Part shown: positions 54,195 to 61,696 of the stretch, piece by piece
How the letters are laid out: each line of letters starts with the position of its first letter
Numbering within the stretch: the stretch's first letter is position 1
NCBI GenBank assembly: GCA_942492765.1
Contig: OW818634.1
Span: forward strand, 153,159-217,158
Origin: an uncultured bacterium
GTDB lineage: Bacteria; Patescibacteriota; Patescibacteriia; Patescibacteriales; UBA12465
Reading direction: 5' to 3'
DNA length: 64,000 nt
Position numbers and translations under genes: made by a program
The notes under the pieces: generated by a model
The model's database searches: none
Told to the model about the DNA's origin: nothing
What the model saw: the letters and a program-made list of their open reading frames with translations, nothing else

Positions 54195-56846
54195 TTATTT
54201 AGACATGGTCTGGGTCATGGTGGTTACACCAGGAACCTTATAACCATTAGAGTAAGTAGGAGTGGATACAGAAGCGCCGTCAGACCATTCAAAGCTGCTA
54301 GCTGCAGTATAGCTAGTAGGCTCAGAAATCTTAGTTGAAACGGAAGAACCTGTATCGATTGTTCCAGAGATATTGCCATAGACTTCGAAAGTCTTGGTAG
54401 TACCGGCAGAAATAACTTCAACCGCAGAATCTGCGAAGTCGAGAGTTAACAAGCTTCCTACTAAAGTAGATGAAGCGAGAGCCTTCATGGAACCATTGAC
54501 TCTAACAGCCGTACCAGCTGCCATAGGAGTAACAGTGGCAGTAGAGGTAGCGACAGTAAGAACAATCTTCTTCAAAGTTACATCGCCATTGCTATCAGCA
54601 GTAACGGTGAACTTAGAAATAACTGCATCACCAGCGGTCAATAAAGTTGCCGGTAAGGCAGCTAAAGCGACAGTCGGGACAGTCTTTCTGACACGGAACG
54701 AATTTGCATCTACGTTGGTAGAGGCAGAAGTATATTCGGAGCCGGAAGAAGATTTAGCCTTAACAGACGTAAAGCTTAACTTAATGTCTTTGTTAGTAGC
54801 ATTGACATCATTATCGATGTTGTTCAAAACAACCTTGACAGATAAAGTCTTGCTCAAATTAGCATCGATCTTTACTTCGCCAGAAGAGATAGTGAACTTG
54901 CCAGCACCGGAAACCGGTACGAAGCTATCGATCAAAGTAGCGCCATCATATAACTTGATGGAAGCGATTCTAGCATCGGCACTTGAAGTAGCAACGTTAG
55001 GAGTGGTTGCATCTGAATCGTTGATAACGTTGATTTCAGTCAAATCAGCGCTGTCGTTGACAGCGGTGAACTTGAACTGAGCAACTTCCTGTTCGGCTGC
55101 CTTAGAGGCTAAGATAGCAGAAGCAGGGGTGTTACCACCCAATTCGACGTTCAAAGAACCAGCGCTAGCAGTAGCGAACAAAGTAGAAGTCGCTAAGTTA
55201 CCAGAGGTGATTGAAGTACCGCGAGAATCCTGAGCATTGACAGTCATCAAAGTCTGGAAAGTACCAGTAGCGGAAGAATCGAAGGAACCCTTCAATTCGA
55301 TAGCTTTAGTAGAATCCTTAGCAATGGTGAAGTTCAATGAAGAGAAGGTGGAGCCGGTAGAACCGAAATCGACAGTGCTGCCGACCTGGGAACCGTCAAC
55401 GAACAACTTCATGTCATTGATGTTGGTTGGTGAAGTGCTGCCGATGTTCATGCCCAAGGTAATAGAAGTAACCTTGATGTCATCATTAGTAGCCTTCAAA
55501 GTGAATTTGCCCAAGGAAACATCAGTGCTTCCATTGACAATAACCTTGTTATCAGAATAACCGTCGCTCTTAACAGTCGTTAAGACAGCGCCGGAAACAG
55601 TGAAAGTAGCGCCAGTAGCAGAGCCCATATTACCTAAATCGGTAGTAGAGACCGTGTTACCAGAGACAACGTATTCAGCATTCTGATTATCAAACATAGT
55701 GGTGTCTAAGACAAACTTAATGGCACCATTAGTAGCATTGGTCTTCGCTTTAGCCATCACCTTAACTTCATTGTCTCCTTTGGATAAATTCAAAGTGCTG
55801 TCAATGGTTGCATAAAGGTCAGAGCTAGTACTAACAGACGGGTCGAAAGAGTCTAATAAAACACCATTCAAATAAACTCTAACGTTCTCGAACTGGTTAG
55901 TAGTGGAAGCAGCAGTACCGGTGGTATATTTGATCTTCAAACCATCGGCGACAATCGCCTCGTCGGCATGGACATTAGCCAATAACATTAAGTTATCAGT
56001 GCCCTTGACGATAGTAGTATCGGAAGGAGAGGTAGATTTCTTAGAAACAGAAAGCTTACCTGCATCGATATCTATAGTGGATATGGCAAATCCATCAGCA
56101 GCAGTAGCACCGACAGTAGTCTCGTTATAAACATTGACACCGAAACCGGTGGCCTTTTCATAACCGACTAAATCAGTGCTCTTATTCAAGACGAATACTA
56201 AGCTGCCAGTGCCAGCAATGTCCTTAGAAATGATATCTCCCTTGATATAGAAAATCTTGGAAGCATCGTCCTTTAAGACATCGAAGCCAGTGCTCGGGAA
56301 GTAGAAAGTAACATAGCGGTCGCTAACAACAGTGTTAACGGAAACCTTGTTACCAGCGTTCTCTAAGTAAAGATTCATAGTCGCAGCAGATAAATCTTCA
56401 GTACCATTGTTCTTTATCATGATGGACTTTAGGGTAACGTCCTTAGCCGCAGAAGCAGAAGATCCGCCGACTAAAGTGTTGAAATCTACGGTGAATTTAC
56501 CTAACTCAACTTTCTCGTCACCAACCTTGACAGTAGTGGCGGTAGTGGTCGTGCTGGTAAGACCTAAGTTAACAACGCTATAAGAGGTTGGAGACATTAA
56601 GTTGCTGCTGACCGGGAAAGAACCGGTAACGGCGGCAGAAGTAGCGCTAATCGCAGAAGCGGAAGCGATGCTTAAACCGATGTTACCAGAAGCGGCAGTC
56701 AAAGAAACAATGAAATCTAAAGAAACAGTCTGACCAGCGTTGACAGTCAAAGCTGGGGAGAAAGTCAAAATAGATTCGTCATTGGAATTCATGGACTTTT
56801 TTAGAAGCGACGATAACGCCGTCTCTTTCCGCCCAAACCTTATCAA
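54195..56846 (-). CDS. S-layer-like Thr/Ser/Ala/Val-rich surface protein, C-terminal segment (reading frame +1 relative to 56779..57723)
   Basis: 883-aa ORF lacking its own signal peptide and SD. It is built of repeated beta-rich modules (D.T...I.........L..DG......F....G..F......). It overlaps the upstream ORF by 68 nt, and the frames join at the A6 run 56797-56802. Confidence 0.75.
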   Translation of the reverse strand: MIRFGRKETALSSLLKKSMNSNDESILTFSPALTVNAGQTVSLDFIVSLTAASGNIGLSIASASAISATSAAVTGSFPVSSNLMSPTSYSVVNLGLTSTTTTATTVKVGDEKVELGKFTVDFNTLVGGSSASAAKDVTLKSIMIKNNGTEDLSAATMNLYLENAGNKVSVNTVVSDRYVTFYFPSTGFDVLKDDASKIFYIKGDIISKDIAGTGSLVFVLNKSTDLVGYEKATGFGVNVYNETTVGATAADGFAISTIDIDAGKLSVSKKSTSPSDTTIVKGTDNLMLLANVHADEAIVADGLKIKYTTGTAASTTNQFENVRVYLNGVLLDSFDPSVSTSSDLYATIDSTLNLSKGDNEVKVMAKAKTNATNGAIKFVLDTTMFDNQNAEYVVSGNTVSTTDLGNMGSATGATFTVSGAVLTTVKSDGYSDNKVIVNGSTDVSLGKFTLKATNDDIKVTSITLGMNIGSTSPTNINDMKLFVDGSQVGSTVDFGSTGSTFSSLNFTIAKDSTKAIELKGSFDSSATGTFQTLMTVNAQDSRGTSITSGNLATSTLFATASAGSLNVELGGNTPASAILASKAAEQEVAQFKFTAVNDSADLTEINVINDSDATTPNVATSSADARIASIKLYDGATLIDSFVPVSGAGKFTISSGEVKIDANLSKTLSVKVVLNNIDNDVNATNKDIKLSFTSVKAKSSSGSEYTSASTNVDANSFRVRKTVPTVALAALPATLLTAGDAVISKFTVTADSNGDVTLKKIVLTVATSTATVTPMAAGTAVRVNGSMKALASSTLVGSLLTLDFADSAVEVISAGTTKTFEVYGNISGTIDTGSSVSTKISEPTSYTAASSFEWSDGASVSTPTYSNGYKVPGVTTMTQTMSK

Positions 56847-57723
56847 TCTGATTATAGGTTGATAAGCCGATTCTCTTGACAGTGATGGAATTGACAGTCA
56901 CTGCGCCATCGTTAGCCGCGGTCAAATTAACCTTAGCCATTGGAACGCGAGCGCCGTTCTGAGGAACGGAAGCTGCGGCCGGGGTGGAAGCAGATAAGCT
57001 GACCATCAAGCCGGAACCGGTAATAACGGTACCGCCCATATTGCCACCCTGAGCGACGTTAACGAATTCAGCAGAAGAAATAGCGGTGCCACCGGCAGCA
57101 ATAGTATTGCTGATAGTGATAACGTTAGCCATCTCGAATCTGTTAGCCATCATAGCGGCTTCGTTGGCGATGGATCTATAGTTAGAACCATCATAGTAAT
57201 AGATGCTAGCAGAACCAGCATTCTTTACTAAAGAGCCAACTGGAGTAGCGCCGGTCGCTAAAGCAGCGCCGGTGGTGTAGTTAGTGAAGAAAGCGTCAGG
57301 AACATCGACAACTCTCTTATTCCAGCTGGTGCCGAACAAAGAAGCAGCCTGAGCTTCAGTCTGGATTCCTCTTAAAACACCATTAGGTTCAACGACGTAG
57401 ACTTTAGGGTCAGTCGTGATTTTCACTAACTTAGTGCCTGGTCTCATGGTTACATTGCCGCCCAATGGGTAGCTCTGTAATTCAGCAGCCGGAATAGTAA
57501 CTACTCCGCTGAAATCTGGGTACCAAGAGAAATAGGTAGTAGAGTTAGGGAAAACATATCTCTTGCCGTCAGCACCAAGGTAATAAACAGAAGTGTTGCC
57601 AGCCATTTTGATTAAGTCGCCAGTTGAGGCCGCAGCCTTAACAGAAGCGCCATAAGGAAAACTCATAGCAACGATGGATAATACCATTACGCTGACAGTT
57701 AAGAATTTGCGTAATTTTTTCAT
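56779..57723 (-). CDS. S-layer-like surface protein, N-terminal segment with signal peptide
   Basis: MKKLRKFLTVSVMVLSIVAMSFPYGASVKA is a signal peptide. The last module (GAVTVNSITVKRIGLSTYNQIDKVWAERDGVIVASKK) is truncated by a TGA 5 codons after the A6 run. Confidence 0.75.
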   Translation of the reverse strand: MKKLRKFLTVSVMVLSIVAMSFPYGASVKAAASTGDLIKMAGNTSVYYLGADGKRYVFPNSTTYFSWYPDFSGVVTIPAAELQSYPLGGNVTMRPGTKLVKITTDPKVYVVEPNGVLRGIQTEAQAASLFGTSWNKRVVDVPDAFFTNYTTGAALATGATPVGSLVKNAGSASIYYYDGSNYRSIANEAAMMANRFEMANVITISNTIAAGGTAISSAEFVNVAQGGNMGGTVITGSGLMVSLSASTPAAASVPQNGARVPMAKVNLTAANDGAVTVNSITVKRIGLSTYNQIDKVWAERDGVIVASKKVHEFQ

Positions 57724-58215
57724 AAGAAATGATTAATATCATTCTGATCGTCCGGACAATAGTAGTCGGAACAGATCATAATGATGTGGTTCGATTCTCC
57801 GCTCTTATAGAAGCATGCTTTACTTTCAAGGTTGTAAATCAGTCGGAATCCCGCTCCACCAGCCCCTTAAGGCTTAAGGCGAAGGCTGACTGATCTTACG
57901 TATAAGTTCTGCCAACCTAGCGCGTGTTGCACAAAGGCTGGAGAAAAGCTTAACCGATTTACCGCCTGTTTCGGGCTATGAATCGTTTGAGCTTCGAATC
58001 GATAATAAGGTTTATAAGGGACAAAACCACTACATCTTGCGATATAGCTCGACCCTTGACGGGGTTCTGCCAATCCGCTATCTGCGGCAAACAGCCGTAA
58101 ACGCGAATTTGTTAATTTATCTCGCCCGGTATTGTCCAGAGTCGATGACGAATCTTCTAAACTTGGAGGAACCAATAAGGAGATAAACTAACAAACGCGC
58201 GCTTTAGCGCTTTAA
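57724..58215 (-). other. 492-nt noncoding leader / unassigned structured region upstream of the S-layer-like gene
   Basis: No credible CDS (the 102-aa ORF 57867..58175 has no SD or protein-like features). It contains a 10-nt exact direct repeat GTTCTGCCAA (57906-57915, 58064-58073), duplicated AGTCGGAA motifs and two tRNA-3'-half-like strings. Confidence 0.5.
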
Positions 58216-59061
58216 TTATTTTATAGTCTCGCTGACTTCTTTTAATTTATCCGAGGCTTTTTCGTAATCCTTAGAACTGAATAACTGGATTACTTCATCA
58301 ATCATCCTATCCGCTGCGGTCGGCTCGACGGTTTCAGTAGAACTGGCTGCTACTTCCGCAGAGGTCGCCTGCAGATTCATCCCGGCTGGCACTACTAAAG
58401 TCGCGGTCGCCGAAATTGCCGGCTGAGCGCTAGCGGCGATAGCAGAGACGGCGGCACTTAAAGCCGACCCGTCCGCTATCTGTATTCCCTGCTCATCTTT
58501 AGAGCTATCAGCGATGACGACTTCGTCTCCGGTTTTAACCGGAACGATAGCCGCGTTCAGACGGCCGATCTTCTCTTTGACAGTATTAACCTCTTCATTG
58601 AAGCTATTATTCAATCTCGCCACCTGATCCCTGTTTTCTTCGGTATTGAAAGACGGATCAGCCAGAACCGCAGTAATATCCTGGGCGTGCTCAGAAGCAA
58701 ACTTAACCTCCATCTTATTGCGGGCCGATGAATCGAAGGTCGTATTCAGCTTAACTTTTTCAGACAGAATCCTGGCTATATATAAGGAATCATTCGGCTT
58801 AGTGCTAGCTAAGAGCTGGCCGCTGAATAAGCTGCCGGTCAACAGCAATAAAACAAAAGCTCCTAAAGCATAGACTGGCTGAGACGCTGATTTTAAGACG
58901 CTAGAAACATTTATAAAGACGACTCTCCAAGTCGATAGGTTTTCCGCTCCGGAATTAGAAACCTGAGATAACAAAAGCTCCCGATTGCTTTCCAGCCATT
59001 TCTGATCGGGGTTGATGTTCTTCAGGTTATTTAATTTGGCGATCAACTCTGAGTTAGTCAT
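58216..59061 (-). CDS. anti-sigma-factor-like single-pass membrane protein
   Basis: It lies directly downstream of the ECF sigma gene. It has a short cytoplasmic N-terminus, one TM (VYALGAFVLLLLTGSLF) and an extracytoplasmic helical domain. The call rests on position, not on a motif. Confidence 0.55.
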   Translation of the reverse strand: MTNSELIAKLNNLKNINPDQKWLESNRELLLSQVSNSGAENLSTWRVVFINVSSVLKSASQPVYALGAFVLLLLTGSLFSGQLLASTKPNDSLYIARILSEKVKLNTTFDSSARNKMEVKFASEHAQDITAVLADPSFNTEENRDQVARLNNSFNEEVNTVKEKIGRLNAAIVPVKTGDEVVIADSSKDEQGIQIADGSALSAAVSAIAASAQPAISATATLVVPAGMNLQATSAEVAASSTETVEPTAADRMIDEVIQLFSSKDYEKASDKLKEVSETIK

Positions 59062-59119
59062 AAGAGTGATATTCTCTAATTAGTCGTACACTATAATATA
59101 CGGAAAATTCGCCAAAACG

Positions 59120-59701
59120 TTACAGTTTCGTGTCGGCTTCGACCAGTTCTCGCAAAGCATTCAAAGCCCGATGCAGTAAGACCCTGACATTGCCCCGGCT
59201 TTTTTCACTAACCTCAGCTATTTCTTCTAAACTTAAATCGTTAATGAATTTCATGATGATTATCTCTCGATACTCCTCTTTCAGAAGAGGCAGCTTAGCC
59301 TTGATCAGCTCCAGATCAGCCGCCCTATCTAAGCGCTCCTGGGGATTTTCCGATTCATCGATGACTTCTATCCGGTTCTCTTCATCGTCGAGCGAAGCCG
59401 TTACCTTATTGCCGGTTTCGCGATAATAATCGACTATCGCATTACGGGCAATCTTATACAGCAAAGCCCTTAAAGTTTTCGCGTCTTCCAAAGTCTTATT
59501 CTGAATATGGTTCCAGGCCTTTAAGAATATCATGGAAGTCAGGTCATCGGCTTCTTCGCGGCTGCCTATCTTAAAATAGACGAAGCGATGGATATCCTTG
59601 ACGTTTTCATCATAGACTCTAATAAAGGCTTCCTTATCGCGGTTTTTCAGCTTGCTGAGAGTCTGCTTATCTTTGAATTTTCTAACCAGGTTTATGGACA
59701 T
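59120..59701 (-). CDS. RNA polymerase sigma-70 family factor, ECF-type
   Basis: Region 2 (ADDLTSMIFLKAWNHI, YKIARNAIVDYYR) and region 4 HTH (LSLEEIAEVSEKSRGNVRVLLHRALNALRE). About 190 aa, with no region 1 or 3. Confidence 0.85.
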   Translation of the reverse strand: MSINLVRKFKDKQTLSKLKNRDKEAFIRVYDENVKDIHRFVYFKIGSREEADDLTSMIFLKAWNHIQNKTLEDAKTLRALLYKIARNAIVDYYRETGNKVTASLDDEENRIEVIDESENPQERLDRAADLELIKAKLPLLKEEYREIIIMKFINDLSLEEIAEVSEKSRGNVRVLLHRALNALRELVEADTKL

Positions 59702-59789
59702 TTTAGATTTTTATAAATGCTAAAAAAGCGTTAAATGATTTTAACAAAAAATAACGGGAACCAATACGAACCCGCCGCTAAGATAATTA

Positions 59790-59821
59790 TTCTATTATGG
59801 CTTTATCCTAGCATAATAGAA
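59790..59821. promoter_or_regulatory. 10-bp perfect inverted repeat upstream of the sigma gene
   Basis: TTCTATTATG (59790-59799), 12 nt, CATAATAGAA (59812-59821). It overlaps a possible minus-strand promoter (TTGCTT-17-TAGGAT). Confidence 0.35.
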
Positions 59822-59899
59822 GCCCAAAAGCAAGAATATGGGTAAGATTTACCTGACGCCAGATACCGTCAGATACTGCTAATACGCACCGGATCACCC

Positions 59900-59928
59900 T
59901 TGACTTTTAGGCAATCATGAATTAAGAT
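59900..59928 (+). promoter_or_regulatory. sigma70-like promoter of the HTH gene
   Basis: TTGACT (59900-59905), 17 nt spacer, TAAGAT (59923-59928). Confidence 0.55.
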
Positions 59929-59935
59929 AAGATGA

Positions 59936-59962
59936 CTTAAGTCTATCTAATCTTGGACTTAA
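59936..59962. promoter_or_regulatory. operator-like site 1 (TTAAGTC-N12-GACTTAA)
   Basis: cttaagtctatctaatcttggacttaa starts at about +1 of the predicted transcript. Its left arm lies in the 10-bp palindrome GACTTAAGTC (59934-59943). Confidence 0.5.
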
Positions 59963-60000
59963 AGATAATATCTAACCTTTTTCTAAATAAACAAGCACTT

Positions 60001-60027
60001 CTTAAGTCTAAGATATTCTGGACTTAA
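60001..60027. promoter_or_regulatory. operator-like site 2 (TTAAGTC-N12-GACTTAA)
   Basis: cttaagtctaagatattctggacttaa is 21/27 identical to site 1 with identical 7-bp inverted arms. It ends 20 nt before the ATG at 60047. Confidence 0.5.
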
Positions 60028-60046
60028 CTGCTGAAGTGACCTAAAA

Positions 60047-60316
60047 ATGGCCGGAGAAATAATCTTCCAAATCAAAAAGGCAAGCTTTCCTATCTGGGTT
60101 TCTGTCTCTGAAGCCGCTTCTTTGGGCGGAGTTCAGGGCAAGACTATCCGCCGCGCTATCAAGACTGACCCCAATCTGCTTTTCCGGATAGTCAAGAATC
60201 GCTATCAGATAGAGTTCGGATCCCTGCTCTCTTTCCTCCACAAGAATACTAAGCTGAACAATAAGCTGAAAGATTTCGGCCTCGGCCAATACGTCGCTGA
60301 ATGGAAGCGCTCATAA
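60047..60316 (+). CDS. small helix-turn-helix DNA-binding protein (excisionase/MerR-like HTH_17 type)
   Basis: WVSVSEAASLGGVQGKTIRRAIKT is a classic HTH_17-type helix-turn-helix. 89 aa. Confidence 0.65.
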   Translation: MAGEIIFQIKKASFPIWVSVSEAASLGGVQGKTIRRAIKTDPNLLFRIVKNRYQIEFGSLLSFLHKNTKLNNKLKDFGLGQYVAEWKRS

Positions 60317-60349
60317 AAAAACATCCCGGATTCCGACGGGATGTTTTTC
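60314..60349. terminator. bidirectional rho-independent terminator
   Basis: Stem ACATCCCG/CGGGATGT (60321-60328 / 60337-60344), A7 upstream and T5 downstream. It lies between the convergent HTH and HU genes. Confidence 0.7.
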
Positions 60350-60422
60350 ATATTCGAGAAACTAAATTTTTTCTCATTCGGCCCCTAAGGGCCCGAACTA
60401 TCTCTAATTACACTTCAACTGA

Positions 60423-60704
60423 TTATAGGACGGTGTCCTTAACGACCTTGGCTAAGCGGAACTTAACTACGGTCTTGGCCGGGATCTTGATGGTCTCGCC
60501 AGTAGCAGGATTGCGGCCCTCTCTAGCCTTTCTCTTGGCTTTGACTAACTTGCCGAAGCCAGGAACGATGCATTCGCCATTCTTCTTAACTTCCTTGTAA
60601 ACGAATTCCGCTAAATTATCCATGAAAGTAGCGGTCTCTTTCTTGCTCAAACCAGCTGCTTCGGATAAAGAAGCGATCATCTGTGACTTTGTCATTTTTG
60701 ACAT
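60423..60704 (-). CDS. hup: DNA-binding protein HU
   Basis: MSKMTKSQMIASLSEAAGLSKKETATFMD... and the arm signature GRNPATGETIKIPAKTVVKFRLAK. The start at 60704/60695 is preferred over the ORF-track 60758. Confidence 0.9.
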   Translation of the reverse strand: MSKMTKSQMIASLSEAAGLSKKETATFMDNLAEFVYKEVKKNGECIVPGFGKLVKAKRKAREGRNPATGETIKIPAKTVVKFRLAKVVKDTVL

Positions 60705-60863
60705 AATTTTAGCATGGGGCTTTACCAATAAGCCGAAAGGCTTAGAAATAAGGTCCATTATAAATTATTGCTTATTTAAATTAATAAACTACTATTGATT
60801 ATTCATTAATGTTTACCGGAGTTTTCAACAGGCCTCTTTTGAAACATCAATGTTTATAAGTGT

Positions 60864-60893
60864 ATTATAACACACCTAATAAAAACATGCCAA
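60864..60893 (-). promoter_or_regulatory. strong sigma70-like promoter (extended -10) for hup
   Basis: Minus strand reads TTGGCA (60888-60893), 18 nt spacer, TGTTATAAT (-10 at 60864-60869). It implies an approx 150-nt 5' UTR. Confidence 0.55.
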
Positions 60894-60907
60894 TATACAA
60901 GGCTTTT

Positions 60908-61669
60908 TTATTTTCCGGCGACTAGCAGCCCGTCGACGATGGCTGTTACTTTAAGTCCTAGCTTCTTAAAATTCAAGACGCGGCCGCCAGCACGCAAACG
61001 CTTTCTTAGCTCGAGGATACTAGGCATCTTCTCATCATTGAAGTTGAGCGGCGCCGCTTCCCTGTCCGCGAACAGATTGAATATGACATTATCTTTTATT
61101 TCTTTCGGATATTTTTCTAGCGGCGGCAATATCTTTCCGGCAGCAAGAGTCTTGAATTTCTGGCCTTTAGTTTCGGCGCGATAGAAGGCGCCATAGCGTC
61201 TTAGTTTCGCGTCGCTCGCATACATCGTGCCGCGGCAGAACGGACTGCCGCAGAAGCAAGGATGCAAAAATTCTCTCTTATTCCTATTACCGTCACGGCC
61301 GTCATCCGTATCAAAGCCGTAATCGATCGTCAATTCTTCGCCCGGCAAGATGCGGCGGAGAGCGAAATATAAAGTGTGCCCGTAATAAAAATAAGCATCG
61401 CAATTAGAAGAGCAGGAATGATTTATCAAGTGAACGCCGGGAGCTTTGACGTCTACTGGAAAGATAGATAAGCCGTTGTCGTTATAATCCATCGAGTAGC
61501 AAGAATTGCCATACTTCTTTTCCAGGAGCTCGGCTTTCTCGTCCTTAATCAATAAGCCGACGTAGTCGCCGATGACAGTTCCGGCCGGAATCTCGCGGCG
61601 CGCGAAAACACCGCGGCCTTTCTTCTTGGTCTGCCTGATCTGATAATAGCTAGCGGGTATTAAGAACAT
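60908..61669 (-). CDS. SET-domain protein (putative protein lysine methyltransferase) with approx 90-aa C-terminal extension
   Basis: GRGVFARREIPAGTVIGDY, HLINHSCSSNC (NHSC), GEELTIDYG, and a post-SET-like Cys cluster CFCGSPFCRG. Confidence 0.85.
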   Translation of the reverse strand: MFLIPASYYQIRQTKKKGRGVFARREIPAGTVIGDYVGLLIKDEKAELLEKKYGNSCYSMDYNDNGLSIFPVDVKAPGVHLINHSCSSNCDAYFYYGHTLYFALRRILPGEELTIDYGFDTDDGRDGNRNKREFLHPCFCGSPFCRGTMYASDAKLRRYGAFYRAETKGQKFKTLAAGKILPPLEKYPKEIKDNVIFNLFADREAAPLNFNDEKMPSILELRKRLRAGGRVLNFKKLGLKVTAIVDGLLVAGK

Positions 61670-61696
61670 AAATGATTTTATTTTTAGATATTTAAT

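Noticed and set aside
54394-55080. 228-aa plus-strand ORF. The same judgement covers the other long antisense ORFs: 557..877, 5717..6310, 6975..7418, 21567..21959, 24284..24703, 47261..47549, 55237..55560, 63535..63941 and many inside dnaE.
   Set aside because: - All are shadows on the strand opposite well-supported genes.
- Their translations are low-complexity (Ser/Leu/Ala/Arg-rich), without motifs, starts with an SD, or independent spacing.
54195-56846. Independent translation start (MIRFGRK... at 56846 or MNSND... at 56793) for the downstream S-layer-like ORF.
   Set aside because: - Neither start has a signal peptide or SD.
- The repeat module is bisected by the ORF boundary.
- A single frameshifted gene explains the data better.
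57724-57867. A possible tmRNA. The minus strand reads GGGGCTGGTGGAGCGGGATTCCGAC, similar to a tmRNA 5' end (GGGGCUG...GGAUUCGAC). The plus strand reads CCCGCTCCACCA, similar to a tRNA-Ala/tmRNA 3' end.
   Set aside because: - The two signals are reverse complements of the same approx 25 nt, so at most one could be real.
- No complementary acceptor strand, foldable T-arm or tag ORF ending in a hydrophobic tail plus stop was found on either strand, including permuted arrangements.
- Only 144 nt remain before the signal-peptide CDS start at 57723.
- It is kept only as an unresolved oddity inside the leader finding.
57867-58175. 102-aa minus-strand ORF in the long intergenic region.
   Set aside because: - It has no SD.
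- Its composition is not protein-like and no motif is recognisable.
- It lies in a region full of hairpins and repeats, so it is treated as noncoding.
60041-60600. ORFs 60041..60289 (-) and 60301..60600 (+).
   Set aside because: The first is antisense to the HTH gene. The second runs through the bidirectional terminator and antisense to hup. Neither has an SD or any motif.
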